64,000 nucleotides of DNA from Endomicrobiia bacterium (lineage in GTDB: Bacteria > Elusimicrobiota > Endomicrobiia > Endomicrobiales > Endomicrobiaceae), in contig BTIF01000001.1 in assembly GCA_036245315.1 (NCBI GenBank), forward strand, positions 20,788-84,787, given 5' to 3'. The notes beneath the pieces were generated by a model, which saw nothing but the letters and a program-made list of their open reading frames with translations, ran no database searches and had not been told where the DNA came from. The position numbers were made by a program, and so were the translations under genes. This document shows, one piece after another, positions 30,475 through 43,089 of the stretch. The stretch's first letter is position 1, and each line of letters opens with the position of its first letter.

Positions 30475-31587
30475 ATGAGAATAGAAACGAAAATTGAAAC
30501 ACCATACTATCTGATTGATGAAGAGAAACTGATTAAAAATCTAAGAAAGATTGAATATTTACGAGATCATTCAGGAGTTAAATCAATTTTGGCTTTAAAA
30601 TGTTTTTCTACATGGGCAGTGTTTGATTTAATGAGTAAATATATGGATGGGACAACTAGTAGTTCTTTATATGAAACTAAATTGGGTTATGAGAAGTTTG
30701 GAAAAGAAACACATGCTTTTAGTGTTGCTTATTCTAATGATGACATAAGTGAACTTAAAGATATATGTGATAAAATTATATTTAATTCTGTATTGCAACT
30801 TAAAATGTTTTACAAAAAAGTTAAACATATCAAAATTGGGTTGAGAGTAAATCCTGGTATTAGTTATTCGCATTTTGATTTGGCCGATCCTGCAAGAAAA
30901 TATTCAAGACTTGGCGTTATTTCTCAAGAAGATATTATGTTAGTGTTAGATAATATTAGTGGTTTAATGTTTCACTATAATTGTGAAAATGATGATTTTG
31001 AAAACTTTAGTGATACGCTTGACAAAATATCTAGGAAGTATGAAAAAATTTTAGATAAAGTTGAGTGGGTTAGTCTCGGTGGAGGATTATATTTTACAAA
31101 GGATAATTATCCTTTGGATAAATTCTGCAGAAAATTGAAAAAGTTTGGCGAAAAATATAAAGTTCAGATTTACTTGGAGCCTGGTGAAGCTGCGATTACA
31201 GAAAGTTGTGAACTTGTTACTACAGTCTTGGATATTGTAAAAAATGTAAAAACTATAGCAATAGTTGACGCTTCTATTGAAGCTCATATGCTTGACTTGC
31301 TTACATATAGGATTGTTGGTAAAATTAATGCTGAGATAGGTGAGAATGAATATATTATAGCTGGTAGTTCTTGCCTTGCAGGAGATGTTTTTGGTAAATA
31401 TAAAATTAGAGATGATCTTAAAGTTGGCTCTAAGATACGTTTTGCTGATGCTGGAGGATATACTATGGTTAAAAAAAACTGGTTTAATGGACTTAAAATG
31501 CCTTCTATTGTCATCAAAAGACTTAATGGAAATCTAGAAATTGTAAAGAAGTTCTTATACAAAGACTTTTTAGACAGTTTATCATAA
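30475..31587 (+). CDS. nspC: Carboxynorspermidine/carboxyspermidine decarboxylase
   Basis: TPYYLIDE, LALKCFS (PLP Lys), GTTSSSLYE, YLEPGEA, SCLAGDVFG, YTMVKKNWFNG. Confidence 0.92.
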   Translation: MRIETKIETPYYLIDEEKLIKNLRKIEYLRDHSGVKSILALKCFSTWAVFDLMSKYMDGTTSSSLYETKLGYEKFGKETHAFSVAYSNDDISELKDICDKIIFNSVLQLKMFYKKVKHIKIGLRVNPGISYSHFDLADPARKYSRLGVISQEDIMLVLDNISGLMFHYNCENDDFENFSDTLDKISRKYEKILDKVEWVSLGGGLYFTKDNYPLDKFCRKLKKFGEKYKVQIYLEPGEAAITESCELVTTVLDIVKNVKTIAIVDASIEAHMLDLLTYRIVGKINAEIGENEYIIAGSSCLAGDVFGKYKIRDDLKVGSKIRFADAGGYTMVKKNWFNGLKMPSIVIKRLNGNLEIVKKFLYKDFLDSLS

Positions 31588-31612
31588 AAAAATGGGAGGG
31601 ATTTTATAGAAA

Positions 31613-32830
31613 ATGAAAAAGAGGAATTTGCTTCTTATGGGAGCTGGAGGTGTGTCTCATGTTGCTGCTCATAAACTTGCACAGAATAATGATTTATTTG
31701 GAGATATTTATTTAGCCTCACGTTCGATTGAAAGTTGTAAACAAATAGTGAAAAGTATAGAAAGTAAAGGAAATTATAAAGATAATTCAAAAAAAATTCA
31801 AATAAAACAAATAAATGCTTTAAATGTCTCAGAGATGATTAATTTGATAAAAGACCTTGAAATTTCTATTACTGTGAATTTAACATCAGCATTTTGTAAT
31901 ATGTCAATATTAGAGGCTTGCATAGAAACGTGCTCAGCTTATATAGATACTGCAATACATGAAGAACCTTATAAAGTATGCGAAGATCCTCCATGGTATG
32001 CGAACTATGAGTGGAAACGTAAGGATCGTTGCAAAGATAAGATAACTGCAATTTTAGGTGCTGGATTTGATCCAGGTGTTGTAAATGCTTATGTAGCATA
32101 TGCACAAAAACATTTTTTTGACACAATAGATACAATAGATATTATGGATGTTAATGCAGGTAATCATGGTAGATATTTTGCTACAAATTTCGATCCTGAG
32201 ATAAATTTCAGAGAGTTTATAAAGGTCTGGGCATGGATAAATAAAAAATGGGTGTGTAAAACAGTTCATTCTGAAAAAAGAGTTTATGATTTTCCTGTAG
32301 TGGGTAAACAAACTATATATCTAAGTGGTCATGACGAAATTCATTCTCTTTCAAAAAATATTGATGCAAATTCAATAAGATTCTGGATGGGATTTAGTGA
32401 TCATTACATAAATTGCTTCAATGTTCTTAGGAATATAGGACTTTTATCAGAAAAACCTGTAAAAACAAAAGAAGGACTTGAAGTAGTACCATTAAAAGTG
32501 GTAAAAGCATGTCTTCCAGATCCTAAAACTCTTGCCCCTAATTATGTTGGAAATACATGTATAGGAGATGTGATAGTAGGGAAAAAGGATGGGTGTAAAA
32601 AAGAGATTTTCATATATAACGTGAGTAATCATGAAACATGTTATAATGAAGTTGAATCTCAGGCTATTAGTTACACAGCAGGTGTGCCTGTTATTGCAGC
32701 TGCTATTTTGGTAGCAAATGGAGATTGGGATGTTAAAAAGATGGTAAATATTGAAGAACTTGATCCAGATCCTTATCTTGATTTACTTGAAAATATGGGA
32801 TTGCCCACCAAAACGCTTTTTACAAATTAG
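31613..32830 (+). CDS. Carboxynorspermidine dehydrogenase (saccharopine dehydrogenase family)
   Basis: GAGGVSHVAAHK, GFDPGVVN, FATNFDPEINFRE, SQAISYTAGVP; paired with nspC. Confidence 0.9.
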   Translation: MKKRNLLLMGAGGVSHVAAHKLAQNNDLFGDIYLASRSIESCKQIVKSIESKGNYKDNSKKIQIKQINALNVSEMINLIKDLEISITVNLTSAFCNMSILEACIETCSAYIDTAIHEEPYKVCEDPPWYANYEWKRKDRCKDKITAILGAGFDPGVVNAYVAYAQKHFFDTIDTIDIMDVNAGNHGRYFATNFDPEINFREFIKVWAWINKKWVCKTVHSEKRVYDFPVVGKQTIYLSGHDEIHSLSKNIDANSIRFWMGFSDHYINCFNVLRNIGLLSEKPVKTKEGLEVVPLKVVKACLPDPKTLAPNYVGNTCIGDVIVGKKDGCKKEIFIYNVSNHETCYNEVESQAISYTAGVPVIAAAILVANGDWDVKKMVNIEELDPDPYLDLLENMGLPTKTLFTN

Positions 32831-32884
32831 AAATTTTTATTCGACACTACGCTACACTCTTTACGCTTTTTCTTTAAATATTAA

Positions 32885-32912
32885 TTGTCCGATAATAAAT
32901 ATTATGTTAAGT
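32885..32912 (+). other. dif site (XerC/XerD chromosome dimer resolution)
   Basis: TTGTCCGATAA-TAAATA-TTATGTTAAGT: 11-6-11 layout, right arm 10/11 identical to the E. coli XerD arm TTATGTTAAAT; sits at the gene-orientation switch. Confidence 0.85.
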
Positions 32913-33181
32913 ACATTTAAGTTTTTATGTATTATAAACAATAAAGTAAATTGTTAATATTAACAAAATTTATATTTATAAATATAAGTAATTTTGATTT
33001 TAATTATATTTAACTTTAATAGTTGTAAAATATCACTCACAGAAACACAAAAAATAATCGTGACTAAATGATGGAAAAACGAAAATTATAAAATAATACA
33101 AATTTGAGTGGAAAGTGATATGTCCTTTTGGAATGACAGAGTTGATTAGAAGAAGTGAGAAATAAAACTATTTTATTTAGT

Positions 33182-34213
33182 TTATAGGAGTTTATTTTTT
33201 ATAAGTGTTTCCGCAATTTGAACTGTATTTAGTGCTGCTCCTTTTAATAGATTATCTGATACAACCCAGAATGTTAAGGCATTATTTTTTGTTGAAATAT
33301 CTGAGCGAATTCTACCAACATAAGTTAATTGTGTATTTTCTGCAAATAGTGGCATAGGATATTTTAGTTTTTCAGGTTCGTCTAAAAGCATAATTCCGTT
33401 AGCTTTTGATAATAATTCTTTTGCTTGTTTAGGAGCAATAAATTTTTCAGTTTCAATCCATACGCTTTCAGAATGAGAACGAAAAACCGGAACTCTTACG
33501 CATGTTGCACTTACCTCTATTGAACTATCTCCCATAATTTTTTTTGTTTCATTAGTCATTTTCATTTCTTCTTTTGTATATCCGTTTTCTGTAAAAACAT
33601 CTATTTGTGGTATCAAGTTAAAAGCTATTGGATAATGAAACTTATTGTTAGTATTAGTCTCTAAATTTTTTCTATTCTTTGTGTTCCAAATTTTTATTTG
33701 ATCTTTAAGTTCATCAATAGCTTTTTGTCCTGCTCCAGAAACCGCTTGGTATGTTGAAACAATAACTCTTTTTATCTTTGCAAAATCATGTAATGGTTTT
33801 AAGACTACTACCATTTGAATTGTAGAGCAATTAGGGTTTGCGATGAGTTTTTTCTCTTTTTTTAGGTCATAAGGATTTACTTCAGGGACAACTAATGGAA
33901 TATTTTTATCCATTCTCCATGCACTTGAATTATCTATGACAAAACTTCCGTTATCTACAAAGATAGGGGCGAATTCTTTTGAGACTTTTACTCCTGCACT
34001 GAATAGAGCAATGTCAGTATTTTTGATGTTATCCTTTGTAAGAGATTCAACTGCGAGCTCTTTGTTTTTATATATTAGTTTTTTACCTATAGAACGTTTT
34101 GAGGCTAAAAATTTTATGTCTTCTACAGGAAAATTTCTATTTTCAAGCATTCTAATCATTTCAAGTCCAACTGCTCCAGTGGCACCTACTACTGCTACTT
34201 TGTATTTTTTCAT
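33182..34213 (-). CDS. asd: Aspartate-semialdehyde dehydrogenase
   Basis: VVGATGAVG, IDNSSAWR, ANPNCSTIQM, TCVRVPV, DNLLKGAALN. Confidence 0.96.
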   Translation of the reverse strand: MKKYKVAVVGATGAVGLEMIRMLENRNFPVEDIKFLASKRSIGKKLIYKNKELAVESLTKDNIKNTDIALFSAGVKVSKEFAPIFVDNGSFVIDNSSAWRMDKNIPLVVPEVNPYDLKKEKKLIANPNCSTIQMVVVLKPLHDFAKIKRVIVSTYQAVSGAGQKAIDELKDQIKIWNTKNRKNLETNTNNKFHYPIAFNLIPQIDVFTENGYTKEEMKMTNETKKIMGDSSIEVSATCVRVPVFRSHSESVWIETEKFIAPKQAKELLSKANGIMLLDEPEKLKYPMPLFAENTQLTYVGRIRSDISTKNNALTFWVVSDNLLKGAALNTVQIAETLIKNKLL

Positions 34214-34259
34214 AATTTCCCTCGTTTCCCTCTTATTTTATCTATTGCTTTATACACTG

Positions 34260-35089
34260 CATCAATAAGACATAAGCTGCTGTGTAAAAAATAATTGGTT
34301 TTGTTTTTTATTATCGCTATCTTAATATTTCTATGATTGCTATCGGTATTATTCTAGTGCTCACTGTAGCAATTTAGATAATCTAAAATAAAGATCTCTT
34401 TTCCAGATTTTCCAGAAGCAGTAATCTTCTTCTACTAAAGCAATTATGTCCTCATCAAAAACTGTTTTCTTTTTATCAACTAGAATTTTAAATCTTTCAA
34501 AAATTCGTTCTAAAGTTTTATTTTCTAACTTATAGCCTAGATCTTAATTCTTTTAAAGAATACATGCCTTCTTGAATGTTTACCTAAAACCAATGAGCTT
34601 TCTGGTACACCTACATCACTAGGAGTCATAATTTCGTAAGTTTCTCTAGCTTTTAGGATTCCATCCTGATGAATTCCAGACTCATGAGAAAAAGCATTTG
34701 CTCCAACAATAGCTTTATTTACCTGCACTGAAATACCGGTCAATCTTGAGACAAGTTTACTTGTATTATATATTTCATTTGCTTTAATTGAATGTTTAAA
34801 ATTATAATATTTGGATCTTACTTTTAGTATCATTACAATTTCTTCAAGAGAAGCATTGCCTGCACATTCTCCTATACCGTTGATTGTACATTCAATTTGC
34901 CTTGCACCATTTTCCATAGCGAACAAAGAATTTGCGGGAATCCAGCTTCGATAACATTTACACCTAAAGTTGCAAGCTGATCTGCAACTAATAGTTTTTC
35001 TTTTAAATTCATGCTTGCACCCGGAGATTGTTCCCCATCTCTTAGGGTTGTATCAAAAAAAATAATTTATCTTTTTTGGTTTTATTCAT
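34260..35089 (-). pseudogene. leuA: 2-isopropylmalate synthase pseudogene
   Basis: [18 protein letters not shown] joined out of frame to [28 protein letters not shown]; HESGIHQDG; frameshift in a homopolymer near 35055-35062; broken 3' part. Confidence 0.88.
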
Positions 35090-35219
35090 TTATTTTTATT
35101 TTATTATTATAAAAAAATGCTCAATTTGTTATTTTTAATTCCATGTACAAAAAAACCACTGAGTATATTTCTGTATTATATGCTAGATTACATTATTTTT
35201 CAATATGACACATACTGTG

Positions 35220-35598
35220 CTACAAAGTTAGCATTGAGTCAGCATAAGAAAAAAATCTATATTTTTCTTTTATGGTTTCTTTGTAAGCTTTGAGAATAAT
35301 TTTTCTTTAGGAAAAAGCATTGCCATCATAAGAAATAAAGAATTCTTCTTGAAACATATCACATGAAGAGTTAAAGTAACAATATTTATTTTAATGACTT
35401 TTAAGTGAAATGAAGATCTGCTGTAGGATAAGTTGCAATAGTTCCTAAGTTTTTAGCATAAATTGTTCTAATATCTTTGTTTATCAAAAATTGATTACAA
35501 CGCAGTCGCCGGTATTAGAATGTTCAATCCTGTTTTTAATTGGTTTCTGAATTATAACTATTCTAGAAGATTATATCATCTGTATATTTGTCATTCAT
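35220..35598 (-). pseudogene. queA: S-adenosylmethionine:tRNA ribosyltransferase-isomerase remnant
   Basis: Fragments IQKPIKNR..GDCVVIN, YAKNLGTIATYPTADLHFT and KYRFFSYADSMLTL* match QueA IAQ.P, GD..V.N, G.VAAPTAGLHFT, YRFFSYGDAMLI; position after ruvB/spoIID is typical. Confidence 0.75.
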
Positions 35599-36814
35599 AA
35601 GTAATACTTTCAACTTTTGTTCCAGGATAATAGTAGTTTAATATTTGTTTATAACTTTTTCCTTTCTCTGCCATGTTCTTGGCACCCCATTGGCATAAGC
35701 CTACTTTATGTCCCCAACCATTACCTTTAAAATAAAATTTGTTACCATCTGTTTTTATAGAATTAAAATTGTGACTTTTTATTTGCCATGCATCTATTAT
35801 AAGTCTAAACTTATATGCATTTATCAAAAATTTTCCATTAGAATGTGATATTTCTAATTCTTTTGCAGTATCTCTAGATGTCTTCACTTTCACTTTAATG
35901 TTTTTTATTTTTTCTATATTCTTATTTGAAAGTTTTTTTCTTATAAAAATTTCATCTATGTTAGTTTCCCATTTTGCATGAGGGCTGTTGTAGCAATAAC
36001 CACATTTTACGCCTTTTAAGTAAGGAGGTGTATATTTCCAGTTCCATATATGTTTTGGGTTTTCTGTATGTCCTCCACAATTTGCGTGAAAAACAGTTTG
36101 AGCAAGTTTTCCATCATAGACTAAAACTTCACATTGAGTTTCTAAAATTGCTTTGTTGCACGAATCAACTTCAACTTCTGCTCCACCGTAAACTTGACAA
36201 TGAGTTGTAGAACAAATGTCAAAACCTTGATCATTATCGTAATGTTTATTTAAATTTGCAATAGAATATGTTCTACTTATTATAGCTTGAGTTTTTAGTG
36301 CTTCTATATCCCAATTAGATCCTACCTCTTTAGGCAAAACTCCTTTTAAATAATCTTCAATAGGTAAGACATTAATAATATTTATTTTGTTTCTTATTTT
36401 TTTTACTATCAGATATCCTCTATAAGGTTTGGAATCAGCGAAAATTATACCATTTGAAGGTTCTATCTTTAAAGGCGGAGATAAGGTGTGTTCTCCCAAA
36501 CAAACACCATTTTCAGAACAGAAAATTTTAACGTCACCTTTAGTAAGTTTTAGTTTTTTGTTTGATGCGTCGGATATAAAAAATTTTTTTGAGCTTCCTG
36601 TTGTGAAAGCGAGAGTATCAAGTATTATACCAACATTTAGAGTTTTTTTAGTTGTATCTAACTTGCAAATGCATAAGTTATTGTATATAAATAAGATAGT
36701 TAATATTATGAAAAATCTATAAACAAAATATTTTACTGAGATTTTTGAAAAGGATTTAATTCTTTTGCACGTAAAGAATAGAAAATTCAAGGAGTTATTC
36801 ATAGTTCCGGACAC
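35591..36814 (-). CDS. SpoIID/LytB domain protein (start codon uncertain)
   Basis: YRGYL, IEDYLKGVLPKEV, EALKTQAIISRTY, CQVYGG, GWGHKVGLCQWGA, ILNYYYPG. Confidence 0.9.
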   Translation of the reverse strand: MSGTMNNSLNFLFFTCKRIKSFSKISVKYFVYRFFIILTILFIYNNLCICKLDTTKKTLNVGIILDTLAFTTGSSKKFFISDASNKKLKLTKGDVKIFCSENGVCLGEHTLSPPLKIEPSNGIIFADSKPYRGYLIVKKIRNKINIINVLPIEDYLKGVLPKEVGSNWDIEALKTQAIISRTYSIANLNKHYDNDQGFDICSTTHCQVYGGAEVEVDSCNKAILETQCEVLVYDGKLAQTVFHANCGGHTENPKHIWNWKYTPPYLKGVKCGYCYNSPHAKWETNIDEIFIRKKLSNKNIEKIKNIKVKVKTSRDTAKELEISHSNGKFLINAYKFRLIIDAWQIKSHNFNSIKTDGNKFYFKGNGWGHKVGLCQWGAKNMAEKGKSYKQILNYYYPGTKVESITYE

Positions 36815-37196
36815 AACTCATTATTTTATTTGATTTGTTTTTGATAAAGAACTGATATTGTTTCACTATTTTACCTCATGTTTTTTTCTTATATACATCT
36901 TTTACTGCTAAGTTTTATAGTTTACTTTTTTTACTAATATATAATTATATATATAAAGATTTATTACAATCACAATATTTTTGCATATAATACTATTATG
37001 TTATGCTCTTGATAAGTACTTGAATGAAAGAAGTGAGCAAAAAAATTAAATCTATACTTGTTTTAACTCTTGATAATAAAAATAATTTGCGTGAAAACTT
37101 GAACGTTCGGTCATAAATATTCATAATATTTTACCGTAGCTATTTAACAGTGTAAAGGGTGGGATATATAAAATTTTTTCTAAAATTTTTCTAGAG

Positions 37197-38216
37197 TTAA
37201 ATACCAATATGTTTATATCCAATTTCAGTAACAACTCTACCTCTTGGAGTCCTTGCAATAAAACCTGATTTAATGAGATAAGGTTCATAGATGTCAACTA
37301 TAGTATCAGATTCTTCTGATATAGCACTTGCGATAGTATCGATACCTACAGGTCCACCATTAAATTTTTCAATTATAACAGTGAGAATTAATCTATCAAT
37401 TTTATCTAGTCCGGCATTGTCAACTTCTAAAGCATTCAAAGCTTCCTTTGCTGTTTTATAAGTAATTTTATCATCTTTTACTTCGGCAAAATCTCTTACT
37501 CTTTTTAGAAGTCTGTTTACTATTCTTGGAGTTCCTCTTGATCGTTTTGCAATTTCTTCACTCGCTTTTTCGTCAATAAAGATATTCATTATCATAGCTG
37601 ACCGATTAACTATTTGTACAAGTTCTTTTATATCATAAAATGTTAGGTGTTCTATGATCCCAAATCTATCTCTTAGTGGACTTGATAAAAGTCCTGCTCT
37701 TGTTGTTGCACCTACTAATGTAAAACGAGGAACAGGCAACTTAATTGTTTTTGCTGAAGGACCTTGTCCTATTATAATATCAAGTTTAAAATCTTCCATG
37801 ACAGGATATAGGGACTCTTCTACAAGATGATTCATTCTGTGAATCTCATCTATGAAAAATACGTCACCTTCAGAAAGATTTGTGAGTATTGCCGCTAAAT
37901 CTCCTATTCTTTCTAAGACAGGACCTGACGTTATTCTTAAATTACATCCCATTTCTTTTGCGATTATATGAGAAAGAGTTGTTTTCCCAAGTCCTGGCGG
38001 GGCATAAAATAAACAATGATCCAAAGCCTCATGTCTTTTTTTAGAAGCCTCTATAAAAATTTTAAGATTGCTTTTAAGTTTTTTTTGACCTATAAAGTCA
38101 TTGAGGCTCTGAGGCCTCAATGAGTTCTCTGTTTTATCTTCTTCAACGTGTTTTGAAGTCTCAGTAATTTTTTTTAATTCATCCATTTTTTTACCTTTAT
38201 TTATGGACTTTTTCAC
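37197..38216 (-). CDS. ruvB: Holliday junction branch migration ATPase RuvB
   Basis: [40 protein letters not shown]. Confidence 0.97.
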   Translation of the reverse strand: MKKSINKGKKMDELKKITETSKHVEEDKTENSLRPQSLNDFIGQKKLKSNLKIFIEASKKRHEALDHCLFYAPPGLGKTTLSHIIAKEMGCNLRITSGPVLERIGDLAAILTNLSEGDVFFIDEIHRMNHLVEESLYPVMEDFKLDIIIGQGPSAKTIKLPVPRFTLVGATTRAGLLSSPLRDRFGIIEHLTFYDIKELVQIVNRSAMIMNIFIDEKASEEIAKRSRGTPRIVNRLLKRVRDFAEVKDDKITYKTAKEALNALEVDNAGLDKIDRLILTVIIEKFNGGPVGIDTIASAISEESDTIVDIYEPYLIKSGFIARTPRGRVVTEIGYKHIGI

Positions 38217-38236
38217 GTAACAAGTAAAAATATGAT

Positions 38237-38854
38237 TTATAAATATTGTAATGACATTCTTATTAAATCTTCTAAAGTAATGTTATTATTGCAATGTTCA
38301 TAAGCAGTGTTTACTGCGATTTTTGCTTGTTGCTCTTTGTATCCTAAAGCTATAAGACTTGCTATAGTTTCTAAAATTATTGTATTACCACTTATATTTA
38401 CTTTCACTTTGTTATCTTCGTTAGAGACATTTATTATAGATATTTTGTCTTTTAAAGCAGCGATAAGTTTGTCAGAAGTTTTTTTTGTGAAACCAAATAT
38501 TTTATTTAATATTGAAAAATTTTTTGAAATTATTGCAGTTTTGAAATCTGTAAGCGATATAGAAACTTTATCCATATATTCCAAAGCTTTTTTTGCACCG
38601 ATTCCTGGAACTTTTTCTTTTATGAGTAAGTATATTTCCCTTTCATTTTTTGTTAGAAACCCATATAGATGGACAGGACCGCCATACATCCCTGTTGTAT
38701 TTTCAACAATGTATATTTTTACTAGATTGCCAATTACTGGAAGTCTTGAAAGAGTAGAGAATGGAACTGATATACTGTAACCTATTCCATTTATTTCAAG
38801 AGTTATAATCTCTTTTAATTTTGAGTTAAAAGTTCCGTATAAATAATCTATCAT
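38237..38854 (-). CDS. ruvA: Holliday junction DNA-binding protein RuvA
   Basis: [30 protein letters not shown]; between ruvC and ruvB. Confidence 0.92.
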   Translation of the reverse strand: MIDYLYGTFNSKLKEIITLEINGIGYSISVPFSTLSRLPVIGNLVKIYIVENTTGMYGGPVHLYGFLTKNEREIYLLIKEKVPGIGAKKALEYMDKVSISLTDFKTAIISKNFSILNKIFGFTKKTSDKLIAALKDKISIINVSNEDNKVKVNISGNTIILETIASLIALGYKEQQAKIAVNTAYEHCNNNITLEDLIRMSLQYL

Positions 38855-38927
38855 TATGATTCCTTAAAGATGTAAATAAGTTTCAAAATTAGAATATATC
38901 ACAAGTAAGACATATATCTTTACTGTT

Positions 38928-39398
38928 TTATATACTACTAATATGACACATTGCTATTGCTAGTGCATCTGCAGCATCGTCAGGAGTTGGTATACTTTCA
39001 AGTTTTAGAAGAGTTTTAACCATATATTGAATCTGGTACTTATCTGCCGATCCGTATCCCGTTAGTGCTATTTTTATAAGTTTAGGATTATATTCAAAGA
39101 GTGGTATCTTATTTAAAGATATTGTTAAAATAATAGCACCTCTTGCCTGTCCAAGAGACACAATGCTTTTTGATGCTTTTAAGAAAAACAGCTCTTCTAT
39201 AGCAATAGCGTTAGGTTTATACTTGTCTATAATAAACTGAAGTTTTATTTTAATGCTTAGAAGTCTTTCTATCAGAGGCATAGAGTGTGTTGTTTTTATA
39301 CAACCATACTCTACGAGATTAATTTTATCTCTGGAAAATGCTTCTGTAACACCCCAACCAGTAATGGAAAGACCAGGATCGATTCCAAGTACTATCAT
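38928..39398 (-). CDS. ruvC: Crossover junction endodeoxyribonuclease RuvC
   Basis: LGIDPG, AIEELFF, GQARG, TGYGSADK, DDAADALAIA. Confidence 0.96.
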   Translation of the reverse strand: MIVLGIDPGLSITGWGVTEAFSRDKINLVEYGCIKTTHSMPLIERLLSIKIKLQFIIDKYKPNAIAIEELFFLKASKSIVSLGQARGAIILTISLNKIPLFEYNPKLIKIALTGYGSADKYQIQYMVKTLLKLESIPTPDDAADALAIAMCHISSI

Positions 39399-39426
39399 TT
39401 TATATAATATTTACCGAGGATTATGA

Positions 39427-40185
39427 TCAAACTCTCAATTTCTCCATGTCTTCTCTGGAAATGTCAAAATTTGAATAGACATTTTTAACATCATCATGTT
39501 CTTCTAGGGCATCCATAAGGTTTAACATATGTATTGCATCGTCACCTGAAAGAGAAATATAAGTTTGAGGAATCATAGTGACTTTAGCTGATAAAATAGA
39601 TATATTTTTTTCTTTTAAATTATTTTTTACGTCTTCAAAAAGTGAAGGGGAAGTTATAATTTCATATATGTCGCTATCTACTTCGTTTTTGAAATCTTCT
39701 GCTCCCGCTTCTAAAACTGTGTTCATTATGATTTCCTCATCTTTTATTGAAGATTTGTTAATAGTTATATAACCCTTTCTATCGAACATCCAACCTACAC
39801 ATCCAACTTCAGCAAGATTCCCATTGTATTTTACAAAGATTTTTCTTATATCTGATGCCGTTCTGTTTTTATTATCAGTTGTTGCCTCGATAATTAGTGC
39901 TACTCCAGCAGGGCCGTATCCTTCATAAATCATTTCCTCATAAATAGCACCTGATAACTCACCTGTACCTCTTTGTATGGCCTTTTTTATATTATCCAGT
40001 GGCATATTTGCTTCTTTAGCATCTTCTATAGCCTTTCTTAGACGAGTATTATTTTCAACCTGTGGACCACTTTCTTTGGTTGCGACTACAATTTCTCTAA
40101 TAATTTTTGTAAAAACTTTGCCCTTTTTAGCGTCTGTTGCAGCTTTTTTGTGTTTAATACTCGCCCATTTATTGTGACCTGACAT
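39427..40185 (-). CDS. yebC: YebC/PmpR family protein
   Basis: MSGHNKWASIKHKK, YEGYGPAG, TDNKNRT, DDVKNVYSN. Confidence 0.95.
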   Translation of the reverse strand: MSGHNKWASIKHKKAATDAKKGKVFTKIIREIVVATKESGPQVENNTRLRKAIEDAKEANMPLDNIKKAIQRGTGELSGAIYEEMIYEGYGPAGVALIIEATTDNKNRTASDIRKIFVKYNGNLAEVGCVGWMFDRKGYITINKSSIKDEEIIMNTVLEAGAEDFKNEVDSDIYEIITSPSLFEDVKNNLKEKNISILSAKVTMIPQTYISLSGDDAIHMLNLMDALEEHDDVKNVYSNFDISREDMEKLRV

Positions 40186-40240
40186 ATTTTTTACTCCTTA
40201 GTTAGTTCATGCTTAATTTGATAATATAAAATCTAGTGAG

Positions 40241-40678
40241 TTATATTTTTTTATGCTTGAGTCCCAATCCAAATTTTAAGTCAATTGCAGACTTTTTAAG
40301 TTGAGACTCTATGCCTGTCGATATACACGTAAATTTTTTTCTTTTCTTTTTCATATCATTTGCGAGTTTGATTGCCTCGTTAATTTTTTCCATTTTTTCT
40401 TTATCAGATTGTACTGCAAATTCAGCAACTACATTGACATTATTATTTGCAATTTCTATAAAACCACCACTAACAATGACTTTTTTTATATCTTTTATAG
40501 TATTAATTTCTATTTCGCCACTATTTAATTTTGTTACAATATTTGTATGGCCTGGTAATACTGTAATTATACCACTTGTAGTTGGAAAAGAAACAGATAT
40601 TATCTCTTCCTTAAAAATAATACCTTCTGGTGATAAAATTTCTATTTTAAGCTTGTTCATATTTTTCTTATTTATCAT
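40241..40678 (-). CDS. atpC: ATP synthase F1 epsilon
   Basis: EILSPEG, GIITVLPGH, VSGGFIEI; last gene of atp operon. Confidence 0.9.
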   Translation of the reverse strand: MINKKNMNKLKIEILSPEGIIFKEEIISVSFPTTSGIITVLPGHTNIVTKLNSGEIEINTIKDIKKVIVSGGFIEIANNNVNVVAEFAVQSDKEKMEKINEAIKLANDMKKKRKKFTCISTGIESQLKKSAIDLKFGLGLKHKKI

Positions 40679-40756
40679 ACTTTAGTGAACTTTTTATATA
40701 TTTAAATTGGGTTTTATAATTTATTCCATCTCGAATCTAGTTTATTAAATTGTTTG

Positions 40757-43022
<2,266 letters not shown>

Positions 43023-43089
43023 ATTATATTATTTATTAAGAAATAGTTAATAGATTTTTAAAAACCTTAAAAATCAGTATTTATTTGTT

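Noticed and set aside
32751-32957. 68-aa ORF overlapping the dehydrogenase end
   Set aside because: Alternative frame running through the dif site, with no protein features
34537-34926. 129-aa ORF as a functional gene
   Set aside because: It is an internal fragment of the leuA pseudogene lacking most of the catalytic domain
36815-37196. Possible gene remnant between ruvB and the SpoIID gene
   Set aside because: The gap is suspiciously long but I could not find any recognisable peptide or RNA motif
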